Positions 10,647 through 20,857 of a stretch of 64,000 bases of DNA are shown here, piece after piece (position 1 is the first letter of the stretch; each line of letters opens with the position of its first letter). Source of the stretch: an uncultured virus (IMG/VR IMGVR_UViG_3300033121_000902) (Duplodnaviria; Heunggongvirae; Uroviricota; Caudoviricetes). The notes below the pieces were generated by a model, which was not told the DNA's origin, made no database searches, and worked only from the letters and a program-made list of their open reading frames with translations. The position numbers and the translations under genes are program-made. The DNA lies in the IMG/VR virus record IMGVR_UViG_3300033121_000902; one strand, given 5' to 3'.

Positions 10647-11835
10647 GACTGCTAAGCAGTCTTTTCGTGACAAAAAGACATTCTTTTGGGGTCAATCTTA
10701 TAGATAGTGTTAATTCCATCGTGCCAAACCATTTCAGAATCGTTTTCAGCACCGATATAGTACAAAAACTTATCCATTGATTTTTGGTCGATTTCTTTAA
10801 ACCAAAGTAATTGCTCGCCATCAGCAAAAACTTTTGGTAGGCTTACGATATTATGAATACGTTTTACATCTACTTCATAGAAGTTATCTTTGTCAAAATC
10901 AGCTTCTTGACTAATACAAATCCGCATAATATCTTCTGGGTCAGCACGCCCAATAACCTCTTCGCGAACTTCAGAAGGAATGTCTTCGTATTCGATTGTA
11001 TCCCAATCAACAGCTTCGCTATTCATGATAATTCTCCAAATTATTAATATTAAGAGACGTTAGTCTCAGTCGCCAACTCCAAGTTCTTCATATGGAACCT
11101 CTTCTAAAAGTTCCTTATGTTTTACAGATTCAAAGAAAGAATGCTCCTTATCCTCTGGATGTACAATCCAATTTTCATTGTAAAATGTGCAAATACGATT
11201 CTTTCCGTCTCTAAAATTCACAAGATAGCTCTTACCGTCTTTAGGTACTGGACTTAGCTCGTCTTTGTGTACCCCAAACTTTTCGCAACCGCTACCAGGA
11301 AAATAGATTCGAACAGTATTATTATCGTAAAGCTTAGTAATAACCCCTTGTTCATGCTGATGAATATACCGGTCGCCAATTTTCACGGTTTCTCCCTTCC
11401 GTTTTTATTAATCTTTAGTAAATTTTAATACTTCGTCTGGATACATTTCTCTAACAAATACATTATTTTCCGCTGCTTTCAATGTTGATTTAGCAAATCC
11501 ATGTTTTTCATGGAAATACAAAATTGTATCTTCAGTTCTTATTGTAGCTGCCCCATTCCATGTAGAATTGATAGATTCTACAATAATGTAGAAAACTCCA
11601 ATTTTCATATTATTCACATTCAGCTTTATAATCTTCACTTCTGCTGTTTCTATTTTCAACATATTCAACCTCTATTTCTTCTATTTTGATTTCATCATAC
11701 TCTTCGTCATCTTGATGGTATTTACAACCAATTTTCCCAATATTATCAATTACATAATTTTCTATTGTTTCGCGGTCTTTGCAAGAAAAATATTTTTCAA
11801 GAACAATATCTGAATCACGATAATAATGTTCAGTC

Positions 11836-12432
11836 TTAGTTACTTTGAATAACTTCAGTTCCGGTAACTTCAACATTAGAAACAACCTCCAGAGAAACCA
11901 AAGTTTTCTTTTCTTGTTTGTACGGGCGGAACAGGTGAAGCGGGCAACTTTGGATATTACAAACACGAACTTCTTTCTTGCTCCAGTTTGAGCAGGAAAG
12001 GCACATGAGTTTTACTGCCGCTTTCAGACTACCGCTACGAAACTTTTCGATTGTTTTTGCTAGCGTCTCTCGCGTAACGCAGCTAGAATCACTAGGTTCT
12101 GTACTACGAGTAGGAATAGCTTTCAAAACCTTTTCTACATTCTCAAAAGAAAAAACTTTTTTCTTTCGTCCACCACCTACTACAGGTCCACTACCTTTAG
12201 TTTTACCACGAAGACCTTTAGGAGTTTTAATTTCAAGATTAAACTCTTCAGCCTTCAACATAGCCACTTGTCCTTTTAGTGGACGAGGTTGACAGTTTTT
12301 TGCAAACTCAGAATTTTCAACAGCCAACCAAAGAGCGGAACGGTTAGGGAAGGTTTGAGAAGCCTCAAGCTCCGCGATTGCCTTCTGTAGCCCCTCCTTG
12401 CTTACTTCGATTGGTTTACGTCCGCGTGCCAT
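11836..12432 (-). CDS. hypothetical basic protein with C-terminal Zn-binding motif
   Basis: CLSC...EVRVC...CPLHLFRPY; own promoter at ~12476-12503. Confidence 0.6.
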   Translation of the reverse strand: MARGRKPIEVSKEGLQKAIAELEASQTFPNRSALWLAVENSEFAKNCQPRPLKGQVAMLKAEEFNLEIKTPKGLRGKTKGSGPVVGGGRKKKVFSFENVEKVLKAIPTRSTEPSDSSCVTRETLAKTIEKFRSGSLKAAVKLMCLSCSNWSKKEVRVCNIQSCPLHLFRPYKQEKKTLVSLEVVSNVEVTGTEVIQSN

Positions 12433-12965
12433 GTTTCACCTGTTTGGTTGGAACCTTTGTGTCTTGTACACTCTCATTATAGCATAGAACGTAGTTATGT
12501 CAATCGCATTTTACGCGAATATTAGATTCTTTTAGATAACGAATAAAGTCGTCAGCAGCATCAAGACGTTTTTCTTCCTTCTCCGACATTTTATCATCAA
12601 AGTTTTTAGGAAATATTATCGCACTTAAAATACTTGCTAGGTATTCTTGGATTTTTTCAGGAGAAGTAGAAAAATTAGGATTGTCGATTTCGAAAATAAT
12701 TTTAGTCATAGTTTAATACTCCCGTACCTGAAAGTCTTCAATAATTCTTTCGTGAAAACGACACGTAAAAAATATAAAGTCTCGTGACTCTTTACAGCGT
12801 CTATTTTCATAGACGTAATAAGCTTTGTAAATCGGGCAATGGTTACACCCTAGTATCTCAATGCCTTCATTATTATATACTTCTAAGCCTGTAACAGAAC
12901 AGTTTTGCTGTTCTAAGTATTGAGTTATTTTATCTTCTAGCGAAGCTTTTTGCTTCTCATTTAGC

Positions 12966-13289
12966 TTAAGCGTAGACGACATTGTAAATCCTATGATGAT
13001 TATTATTAGCTAAGTCAACTATTACGCTGTAGGCGATAATAAATCTATCCATTTTGATTTTATTATTACATTTTGCACAACATGTTCGTAGATTACTTTG
13101 TTTGTTTCCTTTAAAAATACATTTTGGAACAAAATGGTCTAATGTCGCACAATCATGTTCTCTTCCTCCATCATAAATCTTGACTTTTTTTCCGCACAAA
13201 TAGCAAATGTAATTATGGTTTTCGTAAATTTTTCTTTTAGTTGCAGTCTTAATATCAACAAAATATCTTTTTCCCATAACTTTTACCAT
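12966..13289 (-). CDS. HNH endonuclease
   Basis: CYLCG...TLDHFVPK...NLRTCCAKCN. Confidence 0.85.
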   Translation of the reverse strand: MVKVMGKRYFVDIKTATKRKIYENHNYICYLCGKKVKIYDGGREHDCATLDHFVPKCIFKGNKQSNLRTCCAKCNNKIKMDRFIIAYSVIVDLANNNHHRIYNVVYA

Positions 13290-13295
13290 TGTAAG

Positions 13296-13558
13296 AAACT
13301 TTGTTAGTGTGCTGCTACGCTAAAGGAGATTTCGGTAACGAAGTTTGATACGTTACCGGATAGCCAAGCTTATTACGGTTGTGGCCTAACTTCTGCTAAA
13401 GAAAATAAAGTTTTGCTTCAAGAATAAGTAACTTTATTTTTACTGGCTCACCACTCCACTTCCACAGGATGATTTATTACTAAATCATTCTCTATTGCTT
13501 CTCGCAATTCCACTCTTTAAATGATGGCTGCCTCTAAGCCAACATTCTAACAAAGTTT
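13296..13558 (-). ncRNA. structured RNA mimicking 23S rRNA H43-H44 (uL11-binding / GTPase-associated centre) with ~190-nt insertion
   Basis: 12-bp closing stem AAACTTTGTTAG/CTAACAAAGTTT. ATGTTGGCTTAGAGGCAGCCATCATTTAAAGAG is near-identical to bacterial 23S H43, and GCGTAGCAGCAC matches the H44 loop. Several internal hairpins; no ORF of 60 aa or more. Confidence 0.8.
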
Positions 13559-13560
13559 AT

Positions 13561-13633
13561 TACTCCCGGTAGGAATCGAACCTACGACCGGGGGATTAGA
13601 AATCCCCTGCTCTGTCCGCTGAGCTACGGGAGC
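13561..13633 (-). tRNA. tRNA-Arg(UCU)
   Basis: GCTCCCG acceptor, anticodon arm GGGGA-TTTCTAA-TCCCC, GTTCGATTC T-loop. Confidence 0.95.
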
Positions 13634-13642
13634 GTTTAAGCG

Positions 13643-13957
13643 TTAGCTCACATTAAACATTCTCTTATAAACTAGCGTTCGTTCTTCCTTACTCAAACTT
13701 GTCTTTTCGAGAGCGTGCTTTAGGGCGATTGTTGCACCCTTGCGACGACGAAATTGGTCTGTAGAAGCACACGTAGCTACTGAACTAACTACAGTACCAT
13801 TAGGGAAAGTAATATAGCATTCAGTGCTAGGGCGATTATTTCGCCGAAATTGTTCTTTGCTTGAAGCAAGCTTAATGTTATTTTCAAGGTCTGGGCGATT
13901 GTGATGAATAACAACATTCAAATCGCACTTTGGTAGAGAAACTTTCATTTGCTTCAC
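13643..13957 (-). CDS. hypothetical phage protein
   Basis: ATCASTDQFRRRKG...AL motif, RBS AAGGAG, own promoter. Confidence 0.6.
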   Translation of the reverse strand: MKQMKVSLPKCDLNVVIHHNRPDLENNIKLASSKEQFRRNNRPSTECYITFPNGTVVSSVATCASTDQFRRRKGATIALKHALEKTSLSKEERTLVYKRMFNVS

Positions 13958-14000
13958 TCCTTCAATCGTTTGCTTTGTTGGTTAGTTGGTTCACATTTAC

Positions 14001-14028
14001 ATTATAGCACGCTTCGCATGCTTGTCAA
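14001..14028 (-). promoter_or_regulatory. sigma70-type promoter, GCATGC-spacer class; likely drives ORF 13643, tRNA-Arg and the rRNA-mimic RNA
   Basis: TTGACA-AGCATGCGAAGCGTGC-TATAAT. Confidence 0.75.
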
Positions 14029-14053
14029 GTTCAAAGCAAGCTTTGCTTGCTAG

Positions 14054-14135
14054 TGGTCAAGGTGGGAGTCGAACCCACACGCTATATAGCGATACTTTTT
14101 GAGAGTATTACGTCTGCCAGTTCCGTCACTTGACC
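14054..14135 (-). tRNA. tRNA-Leu(CAA)
   Basis: GGTCAAG acceptor, anticodon arm ATACT-CTCAAAA-AGTAT, long variable arm CGCTATATAGCG, GTTCGACTC. Confidence 0.92.
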
Positions 14136-14624
14136 TTTCTTTCTTTTACTTTTTCCGGCAAATGTATCAGTTTGGCTATGACAATTTGGGCATAATAATC
14201 GTAAGTTTTCTAATAAATTATTACTTCTGTCTCCATCTTTATGGTCTAGTTGCAAACTTAATAATTTACCGTTCCATTCAGGTTTTAAACTACATTCATA
14301 ACATTCGTTTTTTAATAACTTTTCTCTAATTAATCTTTTTTTTAAAGTATGAGTGTTTTGATAATTAGAGTCTTTAACTAATATTTTTTCTAATGGAATT
14401 TTAAGATGTTTATTTATGAAATTTTTATGTTTTTCGTCTTTACACCAACCTTTTCCGGTAAAATGGGAAATATCTAAATTAAGTTTTCTAATTTTAAGTT
14501 TAATTAAAGCGTAAGCACTTCCAGATATTTTAAATTTCAGTATCTTTAATACTGAAGCGTAACTTTCTGATTGCTTAACAGCGTTAATTAATTCTTCGTC
14601 TGCAACTAATCTTATCTTTTTCAT
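14082..14624 (-). CDS. HNH homing-type endonuclease overlapping tRNA-Leu
   Basis: CYEC...LQLDHKDGDRSNN...NLRLLCPNCHSQT; the last codons run through the tRNA. Confidence 0.9.
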   Translation of the reverse strand: MKKIRLVADEELINAVKQSESYASVLKILKFKISGSAYALIKLKIRKLNLDISHFTGKGWCKDEKHKNFINKHLKIPLEKILVKDSNYQNTHTLKKRLIREKLLKNECYECSLKPEWNGKLLSLQLDHKDGDRSNNLLENLRLLCPNCHSQTDTFAGKSKRKKGQVTELADVILSKSIAI

Positions 14625-15889
14625 ATTTACTCGTCATAATATCTAGGGTCAATCAACATTAGCTCTTTAGTCGTTAAGTTATACAACGGGTCACCACTAG
14701 GATTAATCAGCTTGATAAAGCTTTCTCTTTCTTCGTTTGTTAACCGTTCTATCTCTTTATAGGAAAGTTGATTTACATTAGGCTTCGCCATTTGCTTTAT
14801 TTCTGTTTGAGATTTAGTAAAAACAACTTTCCCGTCGTCAAATGCTCCAGCTGTGCCTAGATATAAAAGTAAACTTAGTAGTGTTATATTCATGATTTCT
14901 TTTGCTCACACGGTAATTTCGATTTTTGTACCTGTAGGTAAAATTTTTACCAAAAATCTTTCTGAACTTTCATCATCAAAAGCTTTTGAATTAGTCCAAC
15001 CATTAGGTTCAGATTCTCCAAGAATTTCGAATTGACCGGCAGCTGTTCTATAAAGTAGAAGACCAATCATACTTTTATGCGGCCATTTTACAATTACGCC
15101 GTATTGTCCAGCTTTCATATTCTTAGGACAAATTTCTAAATTTGGTTCATTTAAAATTTTATAGCTCATAGGTTGCACCTTTCATTAAATAGCGTAGCTA
15201 TTACATTAGTTTGAAGGTGTCAGCTTGACACCTTTTCCGCTTCGTGCCTGTCGCATATTACGAGGTTGGGCGACTTTCTTAAGGCAACCCTTACCTGTTT
15301 GTGTACCGATTACCCATGACACTTTACCTTTTTTACCGTTAGCCATGTTCGCTTCGCTCGCTTTCTTGGGTTAGTAACTAAGTTCTAAATAGTTTAATTT
15401 TTGTCCATAATGTTTGCAAACTGCTCGGATAAAAGAATCAAAACTTTTCCAAAAACCATTTGGATAACATGATGATTCTCCGTCTTTCTTTTTCTTTAAA
15501 TAAACAGATTTATTATCTTTATCGTTGCCTAACCAACACCACCAGCCTAGATTATGACAACCTATCGTTATAGTTTTATCTAGTGAATTTAGACGAAGCT
15601 TAAAACGAACATTTTCTAAATTGTTTGGATTAATTGCTGCTAAAAGAGCTTTGTCTAAACTTTTCCAGTAAAAGTATTTGTTTACATAATCAATGTTTGA
15701 ATTATCAGATTCAAATTTATTATGTTTAGTAAACCATTCGTTAGTGTAAAATTTAGGTTTACGATTAGGTTTACAAATATAAAAATTTTTTTCGCGGTCA
15801 TTATAACCAATTGTAATAATATTATTCATGGTTCGCTTTGCTCACTATTTTAGACGATAAATTTAATTGGGGACAACCTTAATATTTAG

Positions 15890-15964
15890 TCGGGGTGATA
15901 GGATTTGAACCTATATATGTCGTAGTGTATAAGACTACCGCCTTGCCAATCGAGCCACACCCCG
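15890..15964 (-). tRNA. tRNA-Ile(UAU)
   Basis: CGGGGTG/CACCCCG acceptor, anticodon arm GTAGT-CTTATAC-ACTAC, ATAGG-TTCAAAT-CCTAT T arm. Confidence 0.85.
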
Positions 15965-16207
15965 TTGTGGCGAAGCCACTAGTTCTTCGCATTCAAAAAC
16001 TTATTCGCAATGTCGTCAGCAACACCACGACTACGAGCAGCACTACCACCGATATACGCACGCCCATTAGCTTCATACATTTCTACAACAAAGTATTCAC
16101 TATCGTTATACATTTCAACTCGGCGACTCTTGTTAGTCATAACCTTGCGTAGCGATGATGTTTCCATTGCGTTCTCCTGTAAACTTGGTTAGTTGCTTCA
16201 CACTTAC

Positions 16208-16235
16208 ATTATAGCATGCTTTGCATGCTTGTCAA
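16208..16235 (-). promoter_or_regulatory. sigma70-type promoter, GCATGC-spacer class
   Basis: TTGACA-AGCATGCAAAGCATGC-TATAAT; flanks near-identical to the 14001 promoter. Confidence 0.75.
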
Positions 16236-16245
16236 GTTCATTTTA

Positions 16246-16554
16246 TCAGCTTTGATAGCCTTCTCCGCTGTAGTGTTCAAGTTCCGCTTCATTAAAAGGA
16301 ATCATAGGAACAGTTTTTCCATTTAATTCGTGCGGATTATCTTCGTGAAATTGAATGCTTCCGCTATTAATAGTAAAATGGCAACGGGTTGCTTGACTTT
16401 CTTCTGGATATGTTACCAGTTCTCTTACTGATGGCTTGAAGTCTGGACACTCTGGAGTACCGTTACATCGCCAGCTATTAGGAATAATATGCCAACCATG
16501 TACTGGACATTTGATAACGTGACCGTATTTTATTTTTATTGCTAATATGCTCAT
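16246..16554 (-). CDS. Cys/His metal-binding protein, DUF6527-like
   Basis: CP..H...W.CNG...P.F.PSV...RCHF.I..G.IQF..D..H.L.GKTV pattern; family recognised from memory. Confidence 0.55.
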   Translation of the reverse strand: MSILAIKIKYGHVIKCPVHGWHIIPNSWRCNGTPECPDFKPSVRELVTYPEESQATRCHFTINSGSIQFHEDNPHELNGKTVPMIPFNEAELEHYSGEGYQS

Positions 16555-17845
16555 GAGTTATTTCCTTTTAGTTAGCTGAAGGCTCAAGAATCTTTAGATT
16601 CTCTTTTGATACAATTTCGATAGCTTGTTTTAAGCCTGAGATTCTACCGCTTAAATAAGTACGGTATTGTTCACAAAGCGAATCTTCAAACTCTTGTACT
16701 GTTCGCGTTAGCAGACGTTGTAATTCCGTACTAATGTTGCCTAGCATTTTAGTAATACCAACCCTTCAATAGTAACTGTAGGTATACCACTCTTTTTGTA
16801 TTCATCATTTATAAGTTCATGAATACACTCGCCTAAAGCTTCGTGTTCTGTATCAGCTTTAAATCTTTTTGTTGAATTAATAGCGTAAGCAATCCATGAT
16901 ATATCCGGTTTAAGTTTGATTCCGCCAACAGTTTTTGGTGTTGAAATTTCTTCTAAGATAATAGTAAATTTCGGTATTGTCATAGCGTAGCCTATACTTT
17001 CGCAACACTAATTTGACGATTTTCTTTTGGATATTCTGGAAGCGTATTTTCAAACATAGAATAAATTTTTTCTTTCGCGTTCTTTTCACTCATAGCTAAA
17101 ATTTTTCCCTCAATCTTAGCTACTAATTTAAATGTAGAATTTACGGCTGGTTTTTCTTGATAAATATGTAATTTATACGAATATTCTTGTTCCATAATGC
17201 CATCAGGTATTTGCATTAAGTAATACAAATCTTTTTCGTGTCGCGGCAAATTAAAAGGTTCTGATTTTTCATAAGGAAAACACCATTGTCCAAAAAAGTC
17301 TTCTCCTGTCTTAGAAGCTTCAAAACGTGCAATTCTTGGAATCGCGTAGTATTTTTGACCGGCAGGACTCCAACGATAAATAATGTAAAGCTTGGATAGA
17401 CCTTTCAGAGGGAAAAAACTTTTTGTGTCGTAAGGAAAAACAAAACGACCGGAAAATACCTCTTTGAATTAAATTTTTTCGTTGGTATTCGCGGTCGCTT
17501 GCTTGAAAACAAAAATTGTGGCGTTGGTTATGAAAGTATGATTATTATGAAAGTTAACGCCACTTGATTACTTATATAGTATATCATGAACTAGAGCGGT
17601 TGTCAATTGGGATTTTTAGAAAAAACTTTTTCCATAAGTCCTTTGATATCAGTCATTTCCACAAATTCTACAACAAGGCTTGCTAAGAACAGTACACCCA
17701 CCAACTGTAGAACCGATAGAGGCGGTTGTAAAGGGGGAGTATCCAGAGAAATTTCGCGTTTCATTTTCAACCTCCAGCACTAACAAAAAGTGACAAAAAT
17801 AAACAGAAAGTTCTTTCTTTCTATTATTTTTTGCCTATTTTCGCG

Positions 17846-18385
17846 TTATTTCTTACTAAATTCGAACTTATACAAACTCACATCTTTTACCGGAACATTC
17901 CGCAAAGTCTTGATGGCCTTGAACTTAAAACTTTTTAGCAACAGGTGTTTGTCTAGTCTATTGTCAGGTTCTAGCACGACTACTCTGTTGTAAGGTGTCT
18001 TAAGATGAGAAAAAATTTCTTTGAAAATGCAATCTGGAATGTCCGTGTCCATAAACTTTTTTGCAATTTCGAAGTGTTCAAGCAGTATTCTACCCTTATC
18101 TTTCTCCATTTTGACGATAAAAAACGCTGCAACGTGTTCGCCGACGAGTACAGCCCTTGCTACCACATGGTCTTTTTGAAGGATTTCAAAAAATTTTTCT
18201 TCATTCCAAACAAGCTCATCTACAGACTCTCTTTGGAAGTCCTCGTCAAAAAATGAATGGTTTTCCTGCTCTATCGAAACAATGTCAGATAGATGTAACC
18301 TCTTGGCGTTTACAATCTTAGGACACAAAATTAGCTTTTCCTGGTCTGCCATATCGTCCACCTTTCTCATTCCATTATACCACAA
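17846..18385 (-). CDS. GNAT-fold (RimI-like) acetyltransferase
   Basis: DIVSIEQE...WNEEKF...VAAFFI...LEHFEI...FKFK layout resembles RimI; acetyl-CoA motif A is degenerate; true start may be MADQEK. Confidence 0.5.
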   Translation of the reverse strand: MWYNGMRKVDDMADQEKLILCPKIVNAKRLHLSDIVSIEQENHSFFDEDFQRESVDELVWNEEKFFEILQKDHVVARAVLVGEHVAAFFIVKMEKDKGRILLEHFEIAKKFMDTDIPDCIFKEIFSHLKTPYNRVVVLEPDNRLDKHLLLKSFKFKAIKTLRNVPVKDVSLYKFEFSKK

Positions 18386-18548
18386 AAATTTTTTCTGTCA
18401 ACCTCACTTAAACCACTTACGTCAACTACCCCTGAACCTTACGGTTTCGTAAGCTTTCTATAAACCCTAACCCCTCAAGAAGTTCTGTCTACCAAAGTCT
18501 CTTTTTTCTCCGGGGGGAATAGAAAAATAATTTGACGTAAGTCTAAAA

Positions 18549-18621
18549 AGCTAGTCCAGGGAGTCGAACCCCGAACCTGCGGCTTACAAAACCGCTGCTC
18601 TGCCATTTGAGCTAGACTAGC
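18549..18621 (-). tRNA. tRNA-Thr(UGU)
   Basis: GCTAGTC/GACTAGC acceptor, anticodon arm GCGGT-TTTGTAA-GCCGC. Confidence 0.93.
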
Positions 18622-18986
18622 GGACGAACGATAAAAGAAATTTTCTTAATTTATGAGCCTCTCGTTTTTCAGACTTCCACAAACTTGAATCTGCGTCTAT
18701 ATAATTGTCTGCTGCTGAAATAATTATATTGATATCGTATGAACACAAATTTAGACTGTCCAAAAAGTTGTAATCGTGTACGTTTTTATTTCGGTTTTTT
18801 AAATTGCCACTGGCAATAACAGCAGGGCATTTGTTGCACTTCCCACGAATCAAACCTTTCTTTGTGACATGAAATACAGGCTTTAGCTTCCGCAATTTTT
18901 TCTTGAATAAATCTAATGACATTTTTGCTTGCATCCTTTGTATAAATCGAAAACCGGGGTATATAGGTTAAGACAAAAGCTTTGCC

Positions 18987-19718
18987 TTAATCGTTTCCGT
19001 AAAAGTAATCACAGATAGTTGTTATGCCAATAATGGGCCATAAAATTGTGAGAATCAAAAAAGTTTTTTTGCGGTGACACATTTGGAATGTTGGATTAAG
19101 CAAGTCTTGTCTTTCAAAGACAAAAACCGTAATACAAATTCCCGCCAAGAAATAAATTGCTAAGCAGAGAAGCAGCATGTTTTCATTCCAGTTCAAAAAA
19201 TTGTTTGAAGATGACTATAGGTGCTACAAGCCACCAAATTAAAAACAGACCCAAAAAATCTTTTGCCAATTCCAACCGCGATTTGCAACGCCTGCCGTCG
19301 TTCCCATCATAATAGATAGAACACATTGTTATGCTTGCGTAGCAATAAAACAGTATAAAAAATAATCCTGGTGTCATTTTGTTTACCCAAAAAGTTTTCT
19401 TAAAAATTCACCAACACACCACATTGGCCAAAAAATAAATACCATAATATTAAGGAAAAAAGCTTCTCCTCCAGAATATCTTTTACTAACAACAAATTCA
19501 TTAGATAATGAACTCATGCCAAATCCAGCCAAAAAATATGTAGTTAGCCAAAGATAAAAAAACATTTTTTTTCCTCAGTTAAATTCTTCAAATAGTTCAT
19601 GCACCAAATAAAGCGGCCAAAGTAAATAGATGATTACCTTACTACAATTTACATTTGGGGCTTTCATACAAAATCCTACTCCAGCCCAAACGTAAAGAAT
19701 AATGAGAAGCAAAAACAT
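18987..19718 (-). CDS. four tandem small two-TM membrane proteins (19575-19718, 19383-19565, 19183-19377, 18987-19196)
   Basis: Each has hydrophobic helix with Y-x-x-A, short polar loop, then hydrophobic helix with W[PW]; the 47-aa ORF 19575-19718 was translated by hand. Confidence 0.6.
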
Positions 19719-20007
19719 TTTTTCTCAATCCTTTTCCAAAAGTCCCATAGTCTTATAAGGAGACTGACGGGAAAAACGCGGAGTTTTTTCGCGAAGAGAA
19801 TTTTCCTGTTCGTCGCTTGCCCTTCCTTGCTCACTGTCTTCCAAAAAAATATTTTTTTCTGGAGTTCCGTTCAAATCGTTAGCAGTAACAAATTGAGCCT
19901 TGTGTCCTTTCTTTCGCAGACTTTTCACTAACATTTTAGCATCTCTTTTACTTTTGTCAATAGCGAAAGTCGCGTATTCGCCAGTTTTTTTATCTAACAC
20001 AAGTACA

Positions 20008-20580
20008 TCAAACAGAGGCATCGGAAGTTTCCTTAAAATAAATAGTATTTTTGTCTATATTTTCTTCACTTAATTGTTCTTTAGAATTTAATTTGGACAC
20101 ATTATTTTTTTGCATTATTTTTAGAACTTTTTCTAAAGATGTATCGGCATATTTTCTGTAACTTTTAGTTGGCGGACCACCAATCAAACGTAAAACAAGT
20201 TCAATAGTTTGAATTTCTTTTTCTGTTAGATTGATAGAATAACCTTTTTTAGTTTGCGAAGCTTTTTCTTTCGGTAAAAGATTTTTAAGCCCTTTAATAC
20301 AACTATCATAGGTTGAGTAAGAGCTAAATATTAATTTGTAATCGTCGTATTCAATACCGAAAAACTTTTTGACAGCTTCGCTACCAGAACTTTCTTGGTA
20401 ATGAACTTCTTCACGTTGGTCAATATAAAATTCTTTTTTCCATTTATTAGCTTCGCTGTTAATAAAATATCCTACATTTTCAACCCAACCACGCGAATCA
20501 TAATCCGAAGGATTAACTTTTTCCATAACAGAAAGACAAGCCTGAATTCGCGTCAAATTCTTTCGCATGATTAACCTCAT
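20008..20580 (-). CDS. hypothetical protein
   Basis: 190-aa ORF downstream of promoter TTGACA-N17-TATAAT at ~20601-20629. Confidence 0.55.
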   Translation of the reverse strand: MRLIMRKNLTRIQACLSVMEKVNPSDYDSRGWVENVGYFINSEANKWKKEFYIDQREEVHYQESSGSEAVKKFFGIEYDDYKLIFSSYSTYDSCIKGLKNLLPKEKASQTKKGYSINLTEKEIQTIELVLRLIGGPPTKSYRKYADTSLEKVLKIMQKNNVSKLNSKEQLSEENIDKNTIYFKETSDASV

Positions 20581-20705
20581 TTGAGTAGTGTTATACTAAC
20601 ATTATATCGCATGTTTTAGCTTATGTCAAGACTAATTTAGCTTGCTTTCTCGCTTGCATACAGCCTCTAGGCGGGTAATCCGAGAGGAACGGGCGATACA
20701 TAGAG

Positions 20706-20778
20706 TCTGGAACAGTGGACTTGAACCACTAACCCCCGGCTTCCAACGCCGGTACTCTACCTATTGAGCTAGTTCTAG
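20706..20778 (-). tRNA. tRNA-Pro(UGG)
   Basis: Anticodon arm CCGGC-GTTGGAA-GCCGG, T arm AGTGG-TTCAAGT-CCACT; one acceptor mismatch. Confidence 0.8.
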
Positions 20779-20785
20779 AAAAAAA

Positions 20786-20857
20786 CTCCCAGAGTAGGAA
20801 TCGAACCTACAACCATCCGGTTAACAGCCGAACGCTCTACCGTTGAGCTATCTGGGA
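20786..20857 (-). tRNA. tRNA-Asn(GUU)
   Basis: TCCCAGA/TCTGGGA acceptor, CTGTTAA anticodon loop, GTTCGATTC. Confidence 0.95.

Noticed and set aside
13296..13558. A real 23S rRNA gene or host contamination
   Set aside because: Only ~55 nt match rRNA, split by a non-rRNA insert and closed by a private 12-bp stem, with phage genes on both sides.
18421..18457. IS200/IS605 or omega-RNA-like end GTCAACTACCCC
   Set aside because: Short match only, no tnpA/tnpB/iscB nearby, and GTCAAC is also the complement of the -35 boxes common here.
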